This document shows positions 44,209-55,942 of a DNA stretch of 64,000 bases, piece after piece. Below the pieces are notes generated by a model, which was not told the DNA's origin, searched no databases, and saw nothing but the letters and a program-made list of their open reading frames with translations. Position 1 is the stretch's first letter. The number at the start of each line of letters is the position of its first letter. Location of the stretch: NCBI GenBank assembly GCA_965214875.1, contig OZ243980.1:1102190-1166189 (forward strand). The letters run 5' to 3'. This stretch comes from Arenicellales bacterium. Its GTDB lineage: Bacteria > Pseudomonadota > Gammaproteobacteria > Arenicellales > JAJDZL01. The translations under genes and the position numbers were made by a program.

Positions 44209-44918
44209 TCAGTTCGTCGGGCATCCCCATTCGGTTCTTGTCTCGGGGTGGAGAATGTACTTGTAGCCGTTGCCGTCGTTCCACCGCCACTGGCCCGATG
44301 GGTTTCTTGCCCCGCACAGGCAAGTCTGTCTCTGGGCCTGCGTGCCGCCGATGGCATAGCACCCGCCCGCCGTCCCGGAGTGGCCGATATCGCCGTAGTG
44401 GGCGAGAGGCCGGTTTGGATCGACCGCCGTCCGGAAGCAGAGCCTTGCAAGAGCGCTATTGTTGCTCCAACTTTCGCTACTGGTAGTTGAGTAAAGAACG
44501 ATGACATAGTGCGTATTCTGCTTCAGGCCGGTGAAGGTATGGCTACCTGCCGCCAGGGGGGCCAGATTTGTAACAGTACCGAGTCTTTGGGAAGATATTA
44601 GAGATGGTGGCACTCGGTTTTCAGCCACTGCCAGGGAAACCTGGAGAACATTCCCAAGGTTTACTGATATACCGAACAATAAAAAAATGCGCTGTTGTTG
44701 AGACCAGGAAATTCCTATGCTGTTATGGGTCGGCGCGGTCGATACAGTTAGTCTATCGGCCCTTATTTCCTGGAGGTTTGTGCAGGTCCCGGTCCCTGTT
44801 GCACCCTGAATAATGGACTGGTCCACCTGCGCTATCGCCGGCGCGGCAAGCATCGCTAGCAATAGGAAAGCGGTTAATCTAGCGAGGGGGGGGGGTATAA
44901 ATTAATATAATCTTTCAT
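44209..44918 (-). pseudogene. Secreted fibronectin type III-like protein, out of frame at a C10 tract in the leader
   Basis: ATG at 44918 gives MKDYINLYPPPSLD-stop. The shifted frame gives LARLTAFLLLAMLAAPAIA|QVD..THNSIGISWS..HTFTGLKQNTHYVIVL (FN3-like) and a Cys-rich tail. Confidence 0.7.
44886..44895 (-). repeat. C10 homopolymer (G10 on + strand)
   Basis: Counted directly. Confidence 0.95.
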
Positions 44919-44939
44919 TTTTTCTTTCCAGTGAAATGA

Positions 44940-46370
<1,431 letters not shown>

Positions 46371-46381
46371 GCAAGACAGGG

Positions 46382-47818
46382 TTATTTGCGGCGAGGTTTG
46401 CGCTTGGGCATGTAAAGGTCGGTAATCGTGCCTTCTTGCATTTCTGCAGCAAAGCCGATCGTTTCTGAAAGTGTCGGGTGCGGGTGGATGGTCAGCGCCA
46501 GATCTTGAGCGTCCGCACCCATTTCGATTGCAAGCATTGCTTCGGCAATCAATTCCCCGGCGTTGGGCCCTGTCATTCCGGCCCCGATAACCCGGTTGGT
46601 CGTGGGCTCGAATAGCAGTTTTGTTAATCCTTCGGAGCGGTTCGTGGATAGAGCTCTACCGCTTGCAGCCCAAGGAAAAGAGGATTTTTCGTATTCGACC
46701 CCTTTGCGCTTAGCTTCATTTTCAGTAAGGCCCGCCCATGCGATTTCCGGGTCTGTGTAGGCAACCGAGGGTATGATATCGGTATCGAATCCAGCCTTTA
46801 GTCCGGCCGCCACTTCAGCTGCCACCTTGCCCTGATGGACTGCCTTGTGAGCAAGCATCGGCTGTCCAACTATATCGCCAATTGCGAAGATGTTGGCGAT
46901 GTTGGTTCGCATCTGCCGGTCGACCGCGATGAAGCCGTCGTCGCTGACGCGCACTGAAGCGTTTTCTACGCCGATTTTTGCACCGTTCGGCTGGCGCCCG
47001 ACAGCGACCAAGATATTGTCGAACTGATCCGCGAACTTTTCACCGTTTTTTTCGAACTGCACCGACAGCATATCGGACTCGCAATCGACCGAGGTAACGC
47101 GTGTGCCGTGCATAATGCGTTCGTATTTACTCGAAATTCTGCTCTCAAGCGGCTTGACAAGATCGGGGTCGGCTTCAGACACCAATCGATCGAGCACTTC
47201 GACAACGGTCACCGACGTACCAAGTTCGTGATAGACGGTTGCAAGTTCCAAGCCGATTATCCCGCCGCCGACCACCAGCATCCGTTTGGGAATTCGCTTC
47301 AATTCTAGCGCACTGGTTGAATCGAGGACTCGAGGATCTTCCGGGATGAACGGGAGTTTGGCAGCTTGAGAGCCGGCTGCGATAATCGCTTGGCTGAAAT
47401 TGACACGGGTCACAGTGTCATCGTGAACAACATTAATCTGGTGCGCAGAGGTGAACTGACCGTATCCTGACACAACTTGCACACCGCGCTTATGCGCTAG
47501 TCCTGCCAGTCCGCCGGTTAGCTGGGAGATTACTTTCATCACCCACTTGCGCAACTTTTCTGTATCGATATTGGGTTTCCCAAAGTCGATTCCGCACTCT
47601 TTGATTTCATTCGCTTCGGATAAGACTTTAGCGGCGTGCAGAAATGCCTTTGACGGAATGCAGCCGACATTGAGGCAGACTCCGCCTAAAGTCGGATAGC
47701 GTTCGATAAGCACAACTTTTTTGCCAAGATCAGCGGCCCTGAAGGCGGCGGTGTAGCCGCCTGGCCCGGATCCCAAAACTGCGATATCGGCATCAATGCT
47801 GGCTGGGTCTTGCGCCAT
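46382..47818 (-). CDS. lpdA: Dihydrolipoyl dehydrogenase
   Basis: GSGPGGY, GGVCLNVGCIPSK, LAHKA, HPHPTLSE. Confidence 0.98.
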   Translation of the reverse strand: MAQDPASIDADIAVLGSGPGGYTAAFRAADLGKKVVLIERYPTLGGVCLNVGCIPSKAFLHAAKVLSEANEIKECGIDFGKPNIDTEKLRKWVMKVISQLTGGLAGLAHKRGVQVVSGYGQFTSAHQINVVHDDTVTRVNFSQAIIAAGSQAAKLPFIPEDPRVLDSTSALELKRIPKRMLVVGGGIIGLELATVYHELGTSVTVVEVLDRLVSEADPDLVKPLESRISSKYERIMHGTRVTSVDCESDMLSVQFEKNGEKFADQFDNILVAVGRQPNGAKIGVENASVRVSDDGFIAVDRQMRTNIANIFAIGDIVGQPMLAHKAVHQGKVAAEVAAGLKAGFDTDIIPSVAYTDPEIAWAGLTENEAKRKGVEYEKSSFPWAASGRALSTNRSEGLTKLLFEPTTNRVIGAGMTGPNAGELIAEAMLAIEMGADAQDLALTIHPHPTLSETIGFAAEMQEGTITDLYMPKRKPRRK

Positions 47819-47857
47819 GGAATTCAGATTGACCGGATTTGGATTCGTATGAATCCG

Positions 47858-49501
47858 CTAGAGCAGAATACGCCTTGAGTCTTCGAGCAGTTTGCAAAGG
47901 TGTGCCATAAATCGTGCGGCCTCGGCACCGTCAACAACGCGATGATCGTAAGATAGCGAAAGAGGGAGTTTGATCACGGCCCGGTATCCGGCGCTATCGG
48001 GCACGAGGACGCTTTGGTGCCGACTGATGCCTAAGATCGCAACTTCGGGTGGATTGATGATTGGTGTGAAGAACCCTCCCCCGATACCGCCCAGGCTTGA
48101 AATCGTAAAGCAACCACCTTCGAAATCCGACGGAGTGAGTTTTCCTTCGCGAGCTTTCGCGCCTGCTTCCTGCAATTGCGCTGCAAACTCGCGCACGCCC
48201 ATATTTTCCACATTCTTGATGACCGGCACAACAAGTCCGTTAGGCGTGTCGACAGCGATGCCTAGATTGAAATACTTTTTCAAGATCAAGGATTCGCCAT
48301 CTGGTGAGAGCGATGCGTTGAAGGTCGGAAACTCTCTTAGAGTGTGAATGATCGCCTTGCAGATAAACGCCAGAACAGTGATCCGAACTCCTTGGCTCTT
48401 TATTTCATGTCCAACCGACTTGCGAAAAGATTCCAATTCGGTGATATCAGCCTCGTCGTGATGGGTGACGTGAGGTATGTCTAGCCAAGACCGGTGCAAC
48501 CGGCTACCGGTAATGCGCTTGATCTTGGATATTGCGAGTTTTTCAATGTTGCCGAACTGGCTGAAGTCGACTTCTGGAATCGGCGGCGGACCAAAGGCAA
48601 CTGCGGTTGCTGGCACTTCGCTGACTTGAAGCGCTTCTTTGATGTAGTTCTTTACATCAATTTTGGTGATTCTTCCTTTCGGTCCGGTTCCGCGGATCTT
48701 TGCAAGATTGGCTCCTAGTTCTCTGGCGAAGTGACGTACGCTGGGACTCGCATGCGGCTTTGCGCTTTTTGAAATCTCCGCAGGCGGCGGTAGTGAAGGA
48801 GGCGGTGAGGGCAGTGGGCCAAAATCCTGCGACGGCTGTGCGATCTGATCTTCTTCATAGATAGTAGCCGCATCGCTTGCCGGTTCGTTTTTTGCGGATG
48901 CCGGCACCGCTTGATCGGGCTCGACTACTTGTCCGACTTCGATTCTCAGCAAAGCATCTCCTTTTGATATCTTGTCTCCGACCGAGACGATGATCTCGGC
49001 GATCTTGCCTGATGCGACCGATGGTACCTCCATAGTGGCCTTGTCGCTTTCCAGGGTCAGGATAGGATCTTCGACTGCGATGGTGTCGCCTACGTTAACA
49101 AGCAATTCGATAATCTCTACATCGGAGAAGTCGCCGATGTCCTGCAGCGTCACCATTTGCGTTCCTTGTTGAGGCGTTTCGTCGGAAGGCTTGACTTGTA
49201 CTGACGATTCTTCAGCACCCGCTTGCCCATCTGATTGTCCTCCCATGTGCGCATCGGGATGTGCCGATTCGACTCGAAGCAGGGGATCGCCTTGTGATAT
49301 TTTGTCTCCAACCGCAACCACAACTTCTGAAATCGTGCCGGCCACAAGAGATGGAACCTCCATGGTGGCCTTGTCGCTTTCGAGAGTCAGGATGGGGTCT
49401 TCGACTGCGATCGCATCACCGGGTTTAACGAGAATCTCGATAATCTCTACATCGGAGAAGTCGCCGATGTCCTGTAGTGCTACGATTTCGCCTTTGCTCA
49501 T
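47858..49501 (-). CDS. aceF: Pyruvate dehydrogenase E2 with two lipoyl domains
   Basis: Two LESDKATMEVPS motifs, HASPSVR, GTGPKGRI, SYDHRVVDGA. Confidence 0.96.
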   Translation of the reverse strand: MSKGEIVALQDIGDFSDVEIIEILVKPGDAIAVEDPILTLESDKATMEVPSLVAGTISEVVVAVGDKISQGDPLLRVESAHPDAHMGGQSDGQAGAEESSVQVKPSDETPQQGTQMVTLQDIGDFSDVEIIELLVNVGDTIAVEDPILTLESDKATMEVPSVASGKIAEIIVSVGDKISKGDALLRIEVGQVVEPDQAVPASAKNEPASDAATIYEEDQIAQPSQDFGPLPSPPPSLPPPAEISKSAKPHASPSVRHFARELGANLAKIRGTGPKGRITKIDVKNYIKEALQVSEVPATAVAFGPPPIPEVDFSQFGNIEKLAISKIKRITGSRLHRSWLDIPHVTHHDEADITELESFRKSVGHEIKSQGVRITVLAFICKAIIHTLREFPTFNASLSPDGESLILKKYFNLGIAVDTPNGLVVPVIKNVENMGVREFAAQLQEAGAKAREGKLTPSDFEGGCFTISSLGGIGGGFFTPIINPPEVAILGISRHQSVLVPDSAGYRAVIKLPLSLSYDHRVVDGAEAARFMAHLCKLLEDSRRILL

Positions 49502-50156
49502 TTTCTCTACTAATGACTCAAGGAATAACTCATCGTCAAGGGACTTGAAGCGATTATATTCATTATCGTTGATCGGTGAGTTGGTTCCGACGTATTTTCC
49601 ACGCTATTTTCGACTGCCAAATCCTCTGCGGAAGAGTGTTGAGGTGTTGTGTCGTGCTCGCCCATGATGTACATTATCGGATAATTCGGATAAAACCGAC
49701 AAGTTGTGGTGAGTGCAGTGATTTCGGGATCTGAAGCGCTGATGCCGCTCACGCAGACGCCCTCAGTGCGTCAAAAGGCGTTCCGGCAGAGGTTGAAAAA
49801 ACGGTGATGGTCCAATGGCCTCTGTTGAAGCGAACAATCCGCTATGCGCTGACCTTGTCTGCCGACATAGCTGATCAAGTCGACTGAGGCCGACAAGCGA
49901 GCCGCCCTTCTGATGCCAAGGCCTGATGGCAACCGCGGCTATCAGCAAAATTCAGCTTCTGGATGTGTTGCATCCTGTGCATGAAGGCGTGGGTACGCCT
50001 TGATCAAGTGCTTCATCCTGTGGCGCTTGTATTCAAAGACCGAACAAGATCACAGCTAATCGGCATGCATCGGTCCTTTGCAAATGCGATAATCAGTGCA
50101 CGTTGCCTGCGAAGCAGGCTGGCGACATAGCTGACCAGTTCTGGAGGAACACTAAC

Positions 50157-50618
50157 ATGCATATACTACATCCGAAACGCTGGATTCTTGCAATTGTGGT
50201 CGCGCTTGCGTCTACCAACATTGCAGTTGCCGATGAACCGCCCGTGTTTACCGCCGGCTTTGGCGGATATGCCATCAGGGGATACGATGCAGTTGCCTAT
50301 CACCTTGAGAAAATGCCGGTCAAGGGCAACAACGACTATAAAGCTGAGTGGAATGGCGCGACATGGCGTTTCGCTTCAGCAGAAAATCGCGATATGTTTG
50401 TGGAAGATCCAGAAAAGTGGGCGCCTCGCTATGGCGGCTACTGCGCTTGGGCGGTCTCAAACAACTACACCGCAAAAACCGACCCTGATGCATGGTCGAT
50501 TGTCGATGACAAGCTTTATCTGAACTACAACAAAAGCGTTCGCCAGACTTGGAGTCAAGATCCCGCGGGGAATATCGAGCGTGGCGATGCCAATTGGCCT
50601 GGCGTCTTATCGAAATAG
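50157..50618 (+). CDS. Secreted YHS-domain protein
   Basis: RBS ggagg, signal peptide, AIRGYDAVAY, WRFASAENR, PRYGGYCAW, KLYLNY. Confidence 0.9.
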   Translation: MHILHPKRWILAIVVALASTNIAVADEPPVFTAGFGGYAIRGYDAVAYHLEKMPVKGNNDYKAEWNGATWRFASAENRDMFVEDPEKWAPRYGGYCAWAVSNNYTAKTDPDAWSIVDDKLYLNYNKSVRQTWSQDPAGNIERGDANWPGVLSK

Positions 50619-50659
50619 CGGCTGAAGCGTGGATCTGGTTGTCGTCTGAGATTTGAGCC

Positions 50660-51823
50660 GTGCGCTTGGAATCGCATCGCGTTAATGAGGTCCAAGCTCC
50701 GATCATTCCGGAAGTTGCCGACTTGATCGAAGCAAACCCTGGAACGATTTCTCTTGGCCAAGGGGTGGTGTATTTTCCGCCCCCTGAGGCTGCGCTAGAC
50801 GGCGTTGCGCGGTTTGCCAGCATTGCCAACCACCACTATCAACCCGTCGAGGGCATTTCGCAACTTCGCGATGCGATCAGCGCAAAGATCGAGTCGGAAA
50901 ACCAAATCGATCCGTCTGAGTATGCGATCATTGTGACCGCAGGGAGCAACATGGGCTTTCTCAATGCCGTGCTTGCAATCTGCGACCCGGGCGATGAGGT
51001 GATCATTTTGCATCCATGGTATTTCAACCACGAGATGGCGATACGGATCGCCAATTGCGTACCGGTTTCGGTGGCTGTCGACAGCGAGCACCAGCCCATT
51101 GTCGGAGCGATCAAACGAGCCATCACGTCTCGAACGCGAGCGGTGGTGACTATTTCGCCCAACAATCCGACTGGCGCGGTATACGATTTTGAGAAGATTC
51201 GCACGATCAATCAATTGTGCGAAGAGCGAGATCTCTACCACATCAGCGACGAAGCCTATGAATACTTCGTCTACGACAACGTTGAGCATTACTCGCCTGC
51301 ATCGGCGGCATCAGCAAGTTTGCATACGATTTCGCTTTTTTCGATGAGTAAGAGTTTTGGATTTGCGAGCTGGCGCATCGGCTATATGCTTGTACCCAAG
51401 CACCTGTTTCTAGCGGTGCGAAAGATTCAGGACACCAACCTGATTTGCGCACCTGTCGTCAGCCAATACGCTGCGGTGGAGTGCTTGAAGGGCGGCTTTT
51501 CTTATTGCCGCGACAAAATACTTCACATCGGGCTAGCTCGCGACCATCTAGCAAAAGCGCTGAATGAACTCGAAGGAGTGAACTTCAGCAGCCTTGACGG
51601 CGCATTCTACGCCTTGATTGAACTTCCTGATACGCGAATGACGGATATGGACATCGTCAAAGTGCTCATTGAACGGTTTGGTGTCGCAGTGATACCGGGC
51701 CAAGCATTTGGAATCGAGGATCGGTGTTGCCTACGCGCATCCTACGGTGCGCTTGCGCAGGACATCTGCATGCAAGGGATCGATCGCCTTACAGATGGAC
51801 TGCGCTTGATCATTTCGTCATAG
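50660..51823 (+). CDS. PLP-dependent aminotransferase class I/II
   Basis: SLGQG, PNNPTG, SDEAYE, SMSKSFGFASWRIGY. Confidence 0.93.
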   Translation: MRLESHRVNEVQAPIIPEVADLIEANPGTISLGQGVVYFPPPEAALDGVARFASIANHHYQPVEGISQLRDAISAKIESENQIDPSEYAIIVTAGSNMGFLNAVLAICDPGDEVIILHPWYFNHEMAIRIANCVPVSVAVDSEHQPIVGAIKRAITSRTRAVVTISPNNPTGAVYDFEKIRTINQLCEERDLYHISDEAYEYFVYDNVEHYSPASAASASLHTISLFSMSKSFGFASWRIGYMLVPKHLFLAVRKIQDTNLICAPVVSQYAAVECLKGGFSYCRDKILHIGLARDHLAKALNELEGVNFSSLDGAFYALIELPDTRMTDMDIVKVLIERFGVAVIPGQAFGIEDRCCLRASYGALAQDICMQGIDRLTDGLRLIISS

Positions 51824-51829
51824 GATTCC

Positions 51830-52735
51830 ATGATGGATGGATTTGTCTTTCGACGCGATTTGCTTTCTGCAAGCGAGCTGCGGGCGTTTTGCATTAAGAG
51901 CGATTTGGCGGGTTTGAAGCAGCTAGGCATTCATTTGCTGCTGATTGCCGCAACCGGCACCTTGGTTTCGATCTCGCTCAATTCGTGGTGGAAATGGCCT
52001 GCCTACATCATACATGGCATTGCTCTGGGGTTCATTTTTGCACCGCTTCACGAGTGCATTCACAACACAGCATTTCGCAGTCGCAGAATGAATACGATCA
52101 TTGCCGCTGTTGCTGGGCTGATTCTGCTATTGCCGGCGAAGTATTTCAGGCTGTTTCATTTTGCGCACCACAAGCATACCAACGACGAACAAAACGATCC
52201 AGAGCTTGCCATTGCAAAGCCATCGACGATCTATCAGTACTGCTTGGTCATGACCGGCATCCCTTCCTACTGGATTCCGCAGTTAAAGATGCTTGCGGCG
52301 CATGCTGCTGGTCGAGTCGCAGCGCCGTTCATTCCGTCATCGGACCGCAAGAGCATCATTGCTGAGGCGAGGTGGCATGTCGGGTTGTATTTGGCGGCTT
52401 TTGGATTTTCTTATGTTTTGGGATCAGCATTCCTGCTTCACTATTGGGTTGTGCCGCTACTGTTCGGGATGGTTTTGCTTCGGGGCTTTTTGCTAGCCGA
52501 ACATGCCGGTTGCGAGCTAAGCGGCAACATGCTAAGCAATACGCGAACCACGGTTTCGAATTCGCTTTTTCGCTTTCTCAGCTGGAATATGCTCTACCAC
52601 TGCGAGCATCATGCGTTTCCGTCAGTTCCTTTCCACCAGCTCCCGGCGTTGCATGTGCAAATGAAAAAGCATGTCGCGCATGTCGAAACCGGTTACATCG
52701 TATTCCACCGATCTTTTGTTCGTTCGCTGAATTGA
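51830..52735 (+). CDS. Fatty acid desaturase-family protein
   Basis: His boxes HECIH, HFAHH and HCEHH; transmembrane segments. Confidence 0.9.
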   Translation: MMDGFVFRRDLLSASELRAFCIKSDLAGLKQLGIHLLLIAATGTLVSISLNSWWKWPAYIIHGIALGFIFAPLHECIHNTAFRSRRMNTIIAAVAGLILLLPAKYFRLFHFAHHKHTNDEQNDPELAIAKPSTIYQYCLVMTGIPSYWIPQLKMLAAHAAGRVAAPFIPSSDRKSIIAEARWHVGLYLAAFGFSYVLGSAFLLHYWVVPLLFGMVLLRGFLLAEHAGCELSGNMLSNTRTTVSNSLFRFLSWNMLYHCEHHAFPSVPFHQLPALHVQMKKHVAHVETGYIVFHRSFVRSLN

Positions 52736-53182
52736 GGTGGGGGGGGGTACTGCAACGCGAAAAGTTTTTCGTGAGTGTTCTGCTTGCGCGAATTCCACAT
52801 AATTCGCTCGCCAGTCTTCGGCGACCAGCTTGCACGCCATCCTCGGCGCGAAAGAGGTCAGCCTTGGCACCGGCAGGATCAGGAATGCCGGTTGTAGATC
52901 ACCAGCTCGATATTCGCGACGCTTGTCTCGAGCGACTAGCCGATCAGCTGGTCTCGCGGTCCCAGCTGACAGACTCCCGCGCCAAAGCCGGTCCTGCCTA
53001 GAACGCCGGGCAACTCCGAGACGATCTAGTACTGGAGCGGCCTGCCCGCCGATGCGCATCGGGCATCTGGGCCTGAGCTGACGGCAATTCGATGCCGAGG
53101 CGCGTGGCAAGTCTGGCCAGCACCGGACTGGCTATCACCAGATCAAGTGGCCAGCAAGCCGTTGCGCCGACAGCGTAAATGT

Positions 53183-53859
53183 TGGCAGGGTTCAGATACA
53201 TGCGGGACCGCCCGCCCCTTCCCAAAGGACGCAGTCCGAAGGGAAGGGGCGCGCGAAAATTTTTGAGGTGGCACAGTGCTTGAAAACAATCCAGCAGCCG
53301 AAAGGCGGGGAAAGCACCATGCAAATCAAATGTGCGCACCGCAAATTTTATCATCTCGATCCGACTCGCGACGAACTTTCGCTGCAGGCCGTCGAGTGCT
53401 TCGACAAGCTCGCGCTGTTCGACCAGCTTCGCTGCGAGGGCGCCTCGCAAGCTACCGCTCTCAAGGCGGCCGGCTACTCCCGAGTCACGCCCTGCCGCCG
53501 GAAGCGGGCCTGCGGGCGAAAGCCCGGCCAGATGGTGCAGATCGACCACGCGGGCATCGCCATCGATGGTTGGCTTCGCGATCAAGGAATTCAAAGCTGT
53601 TTTCCCGGTCTCGAAACTGTGCTGCATGCGTGCCTGATCGTGCGCCAACGCCGCCGGCCACTGCAGGTTCCGCAGTCCTGCGCCGGTGAGCTGAGCGCGG
53701 GCGCCCTCAACGTCGAGCTGGCCCGGTTCGATTGCCTCTGCAATGCCTGCCGGCCGCATCAGGCGCTCGGACAAACGGCACCCATGCAGACGCATAATCG
53801 GAACTTCGAACAAAGCGCGCTGGCCGCCTGAAAAGTCTCATATGTATTGAACCGGTGCA
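53183..53859 (+). mobile_element. IS481-family internally deleted derivative, copy 3
   Basis: Homologous to copies 1 and 2 and retains PGQMVQIDH. Ends ggttcagatacat and atgtattgaaccggtgca. Confidence 0.8.
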
Positions 53860-53937
53860 TTTTCTTGACAATGAAGGCTTTTCTTGCTGTTATGCAGCCA
53901 TTCATAGTAATCAAACAGTTCACAGGAGCTTGCCGAC

Positions 53938-54501
53938 ATGAAAAGTCTCAATCGTCCAAACCTGAAAACCCGTCGCCGCGCAATCGCTGGAGGCACCGTT
54001 CGCACCGCACTTGCCGGTCTGTGCGCCAGTGTTGCGCTCGCTGGTTCCGCCCTGCATGCCACCTCCGCCGAGGCGCAAAGCTTCAGTGCGCCCGGTATCA
54101 CGGTAACCGAGGGGCAGAGGGCGACCGTCAAGGCCCACGGTCCGAAACCGCCTTACCGCACTGGCGAGTTCTACTACTTGTACCGGACAGTGGACGGCAC
54201 CGCCAAAAGCACGGGGGATTGCCCCAACTTCCAAAAAAAGCGCGGTGCACTGAGAGTGGACTCCGCAACGCTCAAGACGGATATCAATGTGCTCCACGAT
54301 TGCGAGCGCAAGCCGGACATGCGGTTTACGGTCAAGTTCACGAAAGTGCGCAATGAACTGGTTGAAAATGCCCCGTTGCGGGTTGGAAACCCTGTCCCTG
54401 ACTGGTATCGTGCCTGGCCCAACACGTTCGAGGTGACTGTCAAGCTCCTGGAATCGAACAGGTCGCCCCACGGCCCGGCCAAAGCCCGAATCGGCAATTA
54501 G
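53938..54501 (+). CDS. Secreted single Calx-beta-like domain protein
   Basis: RBS aggag, Arg-rich signal peptide ending AEA|Q, then VTEG..A, YRTVDGTA...D, INVLHD..R.PD..FTV. Confidence 0.75.
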   Translation: MKSLNRPNLKTRRRAIAGGTVRTALAGLCASVALAGSALHATSAEAQSFSAPGITVTEGQRATVKAHGPKPPYRTGEFYYLYRTVDGTAKSTGDCPNFQKKRGALRVDSATLKTDINVLHDCERKPDMRFTVKFTKVRNELVENAPLRVGNPVPDWYRAWPNTFEVTVKLLESNRSPHGPAKARIGN

Positions 54502-54580
54502 CCCCTGAAACTGTCCGCGAGTCCCCGGAAATCATCGGACTTGCGGCATGGTTATTGCTGGAAAGCGCCGGCACACGCCG
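54487..54580 (+). repeat. Imperfect direct repeat, second copy at about 55414-55510
   Basis: aatcggcaattagccYctgaaactRtccgcga...gcatgRttattgctggaRagcg occurs in both places. Confidence 0.8.
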
Positions 54581-54629
54581 GCGCTTTCCGCGTACAGGCA
54601 CGGCCGGTTTTCCAACTATCCACCGAGCA

Positions 54630-55240
54630 CTCTTATTCTGGCATTTCGGGTAGCGGCTCAGGGAGCGGCACCTGCGCAAGCCTCAATCAGATGATAGCCG
54701 GGACGATAACGGTGTCTATCGTGCCTTCGGAAAACTCCATCGGAATTTCCCGGCCCAGCATTCCACTGGCAAACATAACCGCCGCGATAGGAAGCTTAGG
54801 GAGTTCGGATCCGGTTCGAGTGGCAGTGTTCGAGAACCGACCGTCATCGCCCTTGATATCTTCCTGGAGCTTCGGAGCCGTCACTTCGACATCCCCCTTG
54901 GCGGCGGGTAGCTAGATGTTCACCGGCCTAAAGCAGAACACGCCCTATGCCGCCGTTCTGTACACGACGCGGGCTTTCGAAAGCTGGCGCCGGAACACCG
55001 CCATCTCGAAGCTCTGCTTCTGCACGGCGGCCGACCTGGACCGACCCCTCGCCCGCTACGATAATATTGGTCACCCGGGCGAGCAGCTTCGCCTTCGGCG
55101 GTGCGCGCAATCAAGTCCATGCGTGCCTGTGCAGGGCCAGAACGCGTCGGGAACGTGGGTGCGCACGGACAGCGAGGACGGCTTCGAATAACATTATGGA
55201 TGCCGCTTGGAAGACCAGCGTGGGCTGAACGACGAATTGA
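54630..55240 (+). pseudogene. Decayed paralog of the FN3-like gene at 44209-44918
   Basis: GSGTCASL, NSIGIS, ENR...LISS, PLAAGS*MFTGLKQNT.Y, LCF.TA.D..RPLA.Y..IGH.G, CLC, ends TTN*. It has stops and frameshifts and no leader. Confidence 0.8.
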
Positions 55241-55544
55241 CCGGGCCGGCAGATGGCGGACGCGATAGACTGCCGACAATTTCGTTGACCCCGGAACTGA
55301 GAGCCGCGTGTGCGGTCTTCACGGTCGCAGTGCCATGACTTGATGACCTCGCGCCGCGGTTCGTGACAAACAACGTGGGCGGCTACGGTCGCCCTCGTGT
55401 CTTTTATAGAACCCAAATCGGCAATTAGCCTCTGAAACTATCCGCGAAGCTGTGGAAATCGCCAGATTAGTAGCATGATTATTGCTGGAGAGCGTCGGTA
55501 TGTCCGCCGGTCCATGTGCAACTGTCAGCTGCCCTCTCGCTGGC

Positions 55545-55710
55545 TCTTGAAACGCTATGAACCGCACGGAATTTCTTTCTGGGATGCCATGCTCTGGGCA
55601 ACGGCGCAGCCAGGCTGCACGGTGAGGACATGCAGGATGGCCGCTGGCTTGGAAGCACTGAAATCATCAATCCGTTTGAGCAAGAAAATGATGCCAATCT
55701 AGCAATCTGA
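55545..55710 (+). pseudogene. Orphan 3' fragment of a PIN-domain (VapC) toxin
   Basis: SFWDAMLWA..EDMQDGRWLGSTEIINPFEQEN, highly similar to about 59690-59935. Confidence 0.8.
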
Positions 55711-55942
55711 CTTAAACAGTGCAGTTAGATATAAGTATTCAGCAGGCTATTTTTCGTGCAACTCGATAGATTGGGAACGTGTTACTTGACCGCCGTAACT
55801 CTTTTTGAAGTAAAAGCTAAAACGTTGGTTTTGCAAAATTAATAGAAAAGAGTTGAATCGCTGCAAAGATTTTTCTTTGAGTTTTTGCAGTCCAATAGAT
55901 TTATGTGCATGAGCCAGATACCATTCACTCGAATCGAAACGA

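Noticed and set aside
49010-49480. Near-identical nucleotide repeats in aceF
   Set aside because: Explained by the ordinary tandem lipoyl domains.
52739-52747. G9 tract
   Set aside because: Lies just after the desaturase stop with no gene start or signal peptide attached.
52800-53180. GC-rich stretch that may be a gene remnant
   Set aside because: Could not be assigned to any family by eye.
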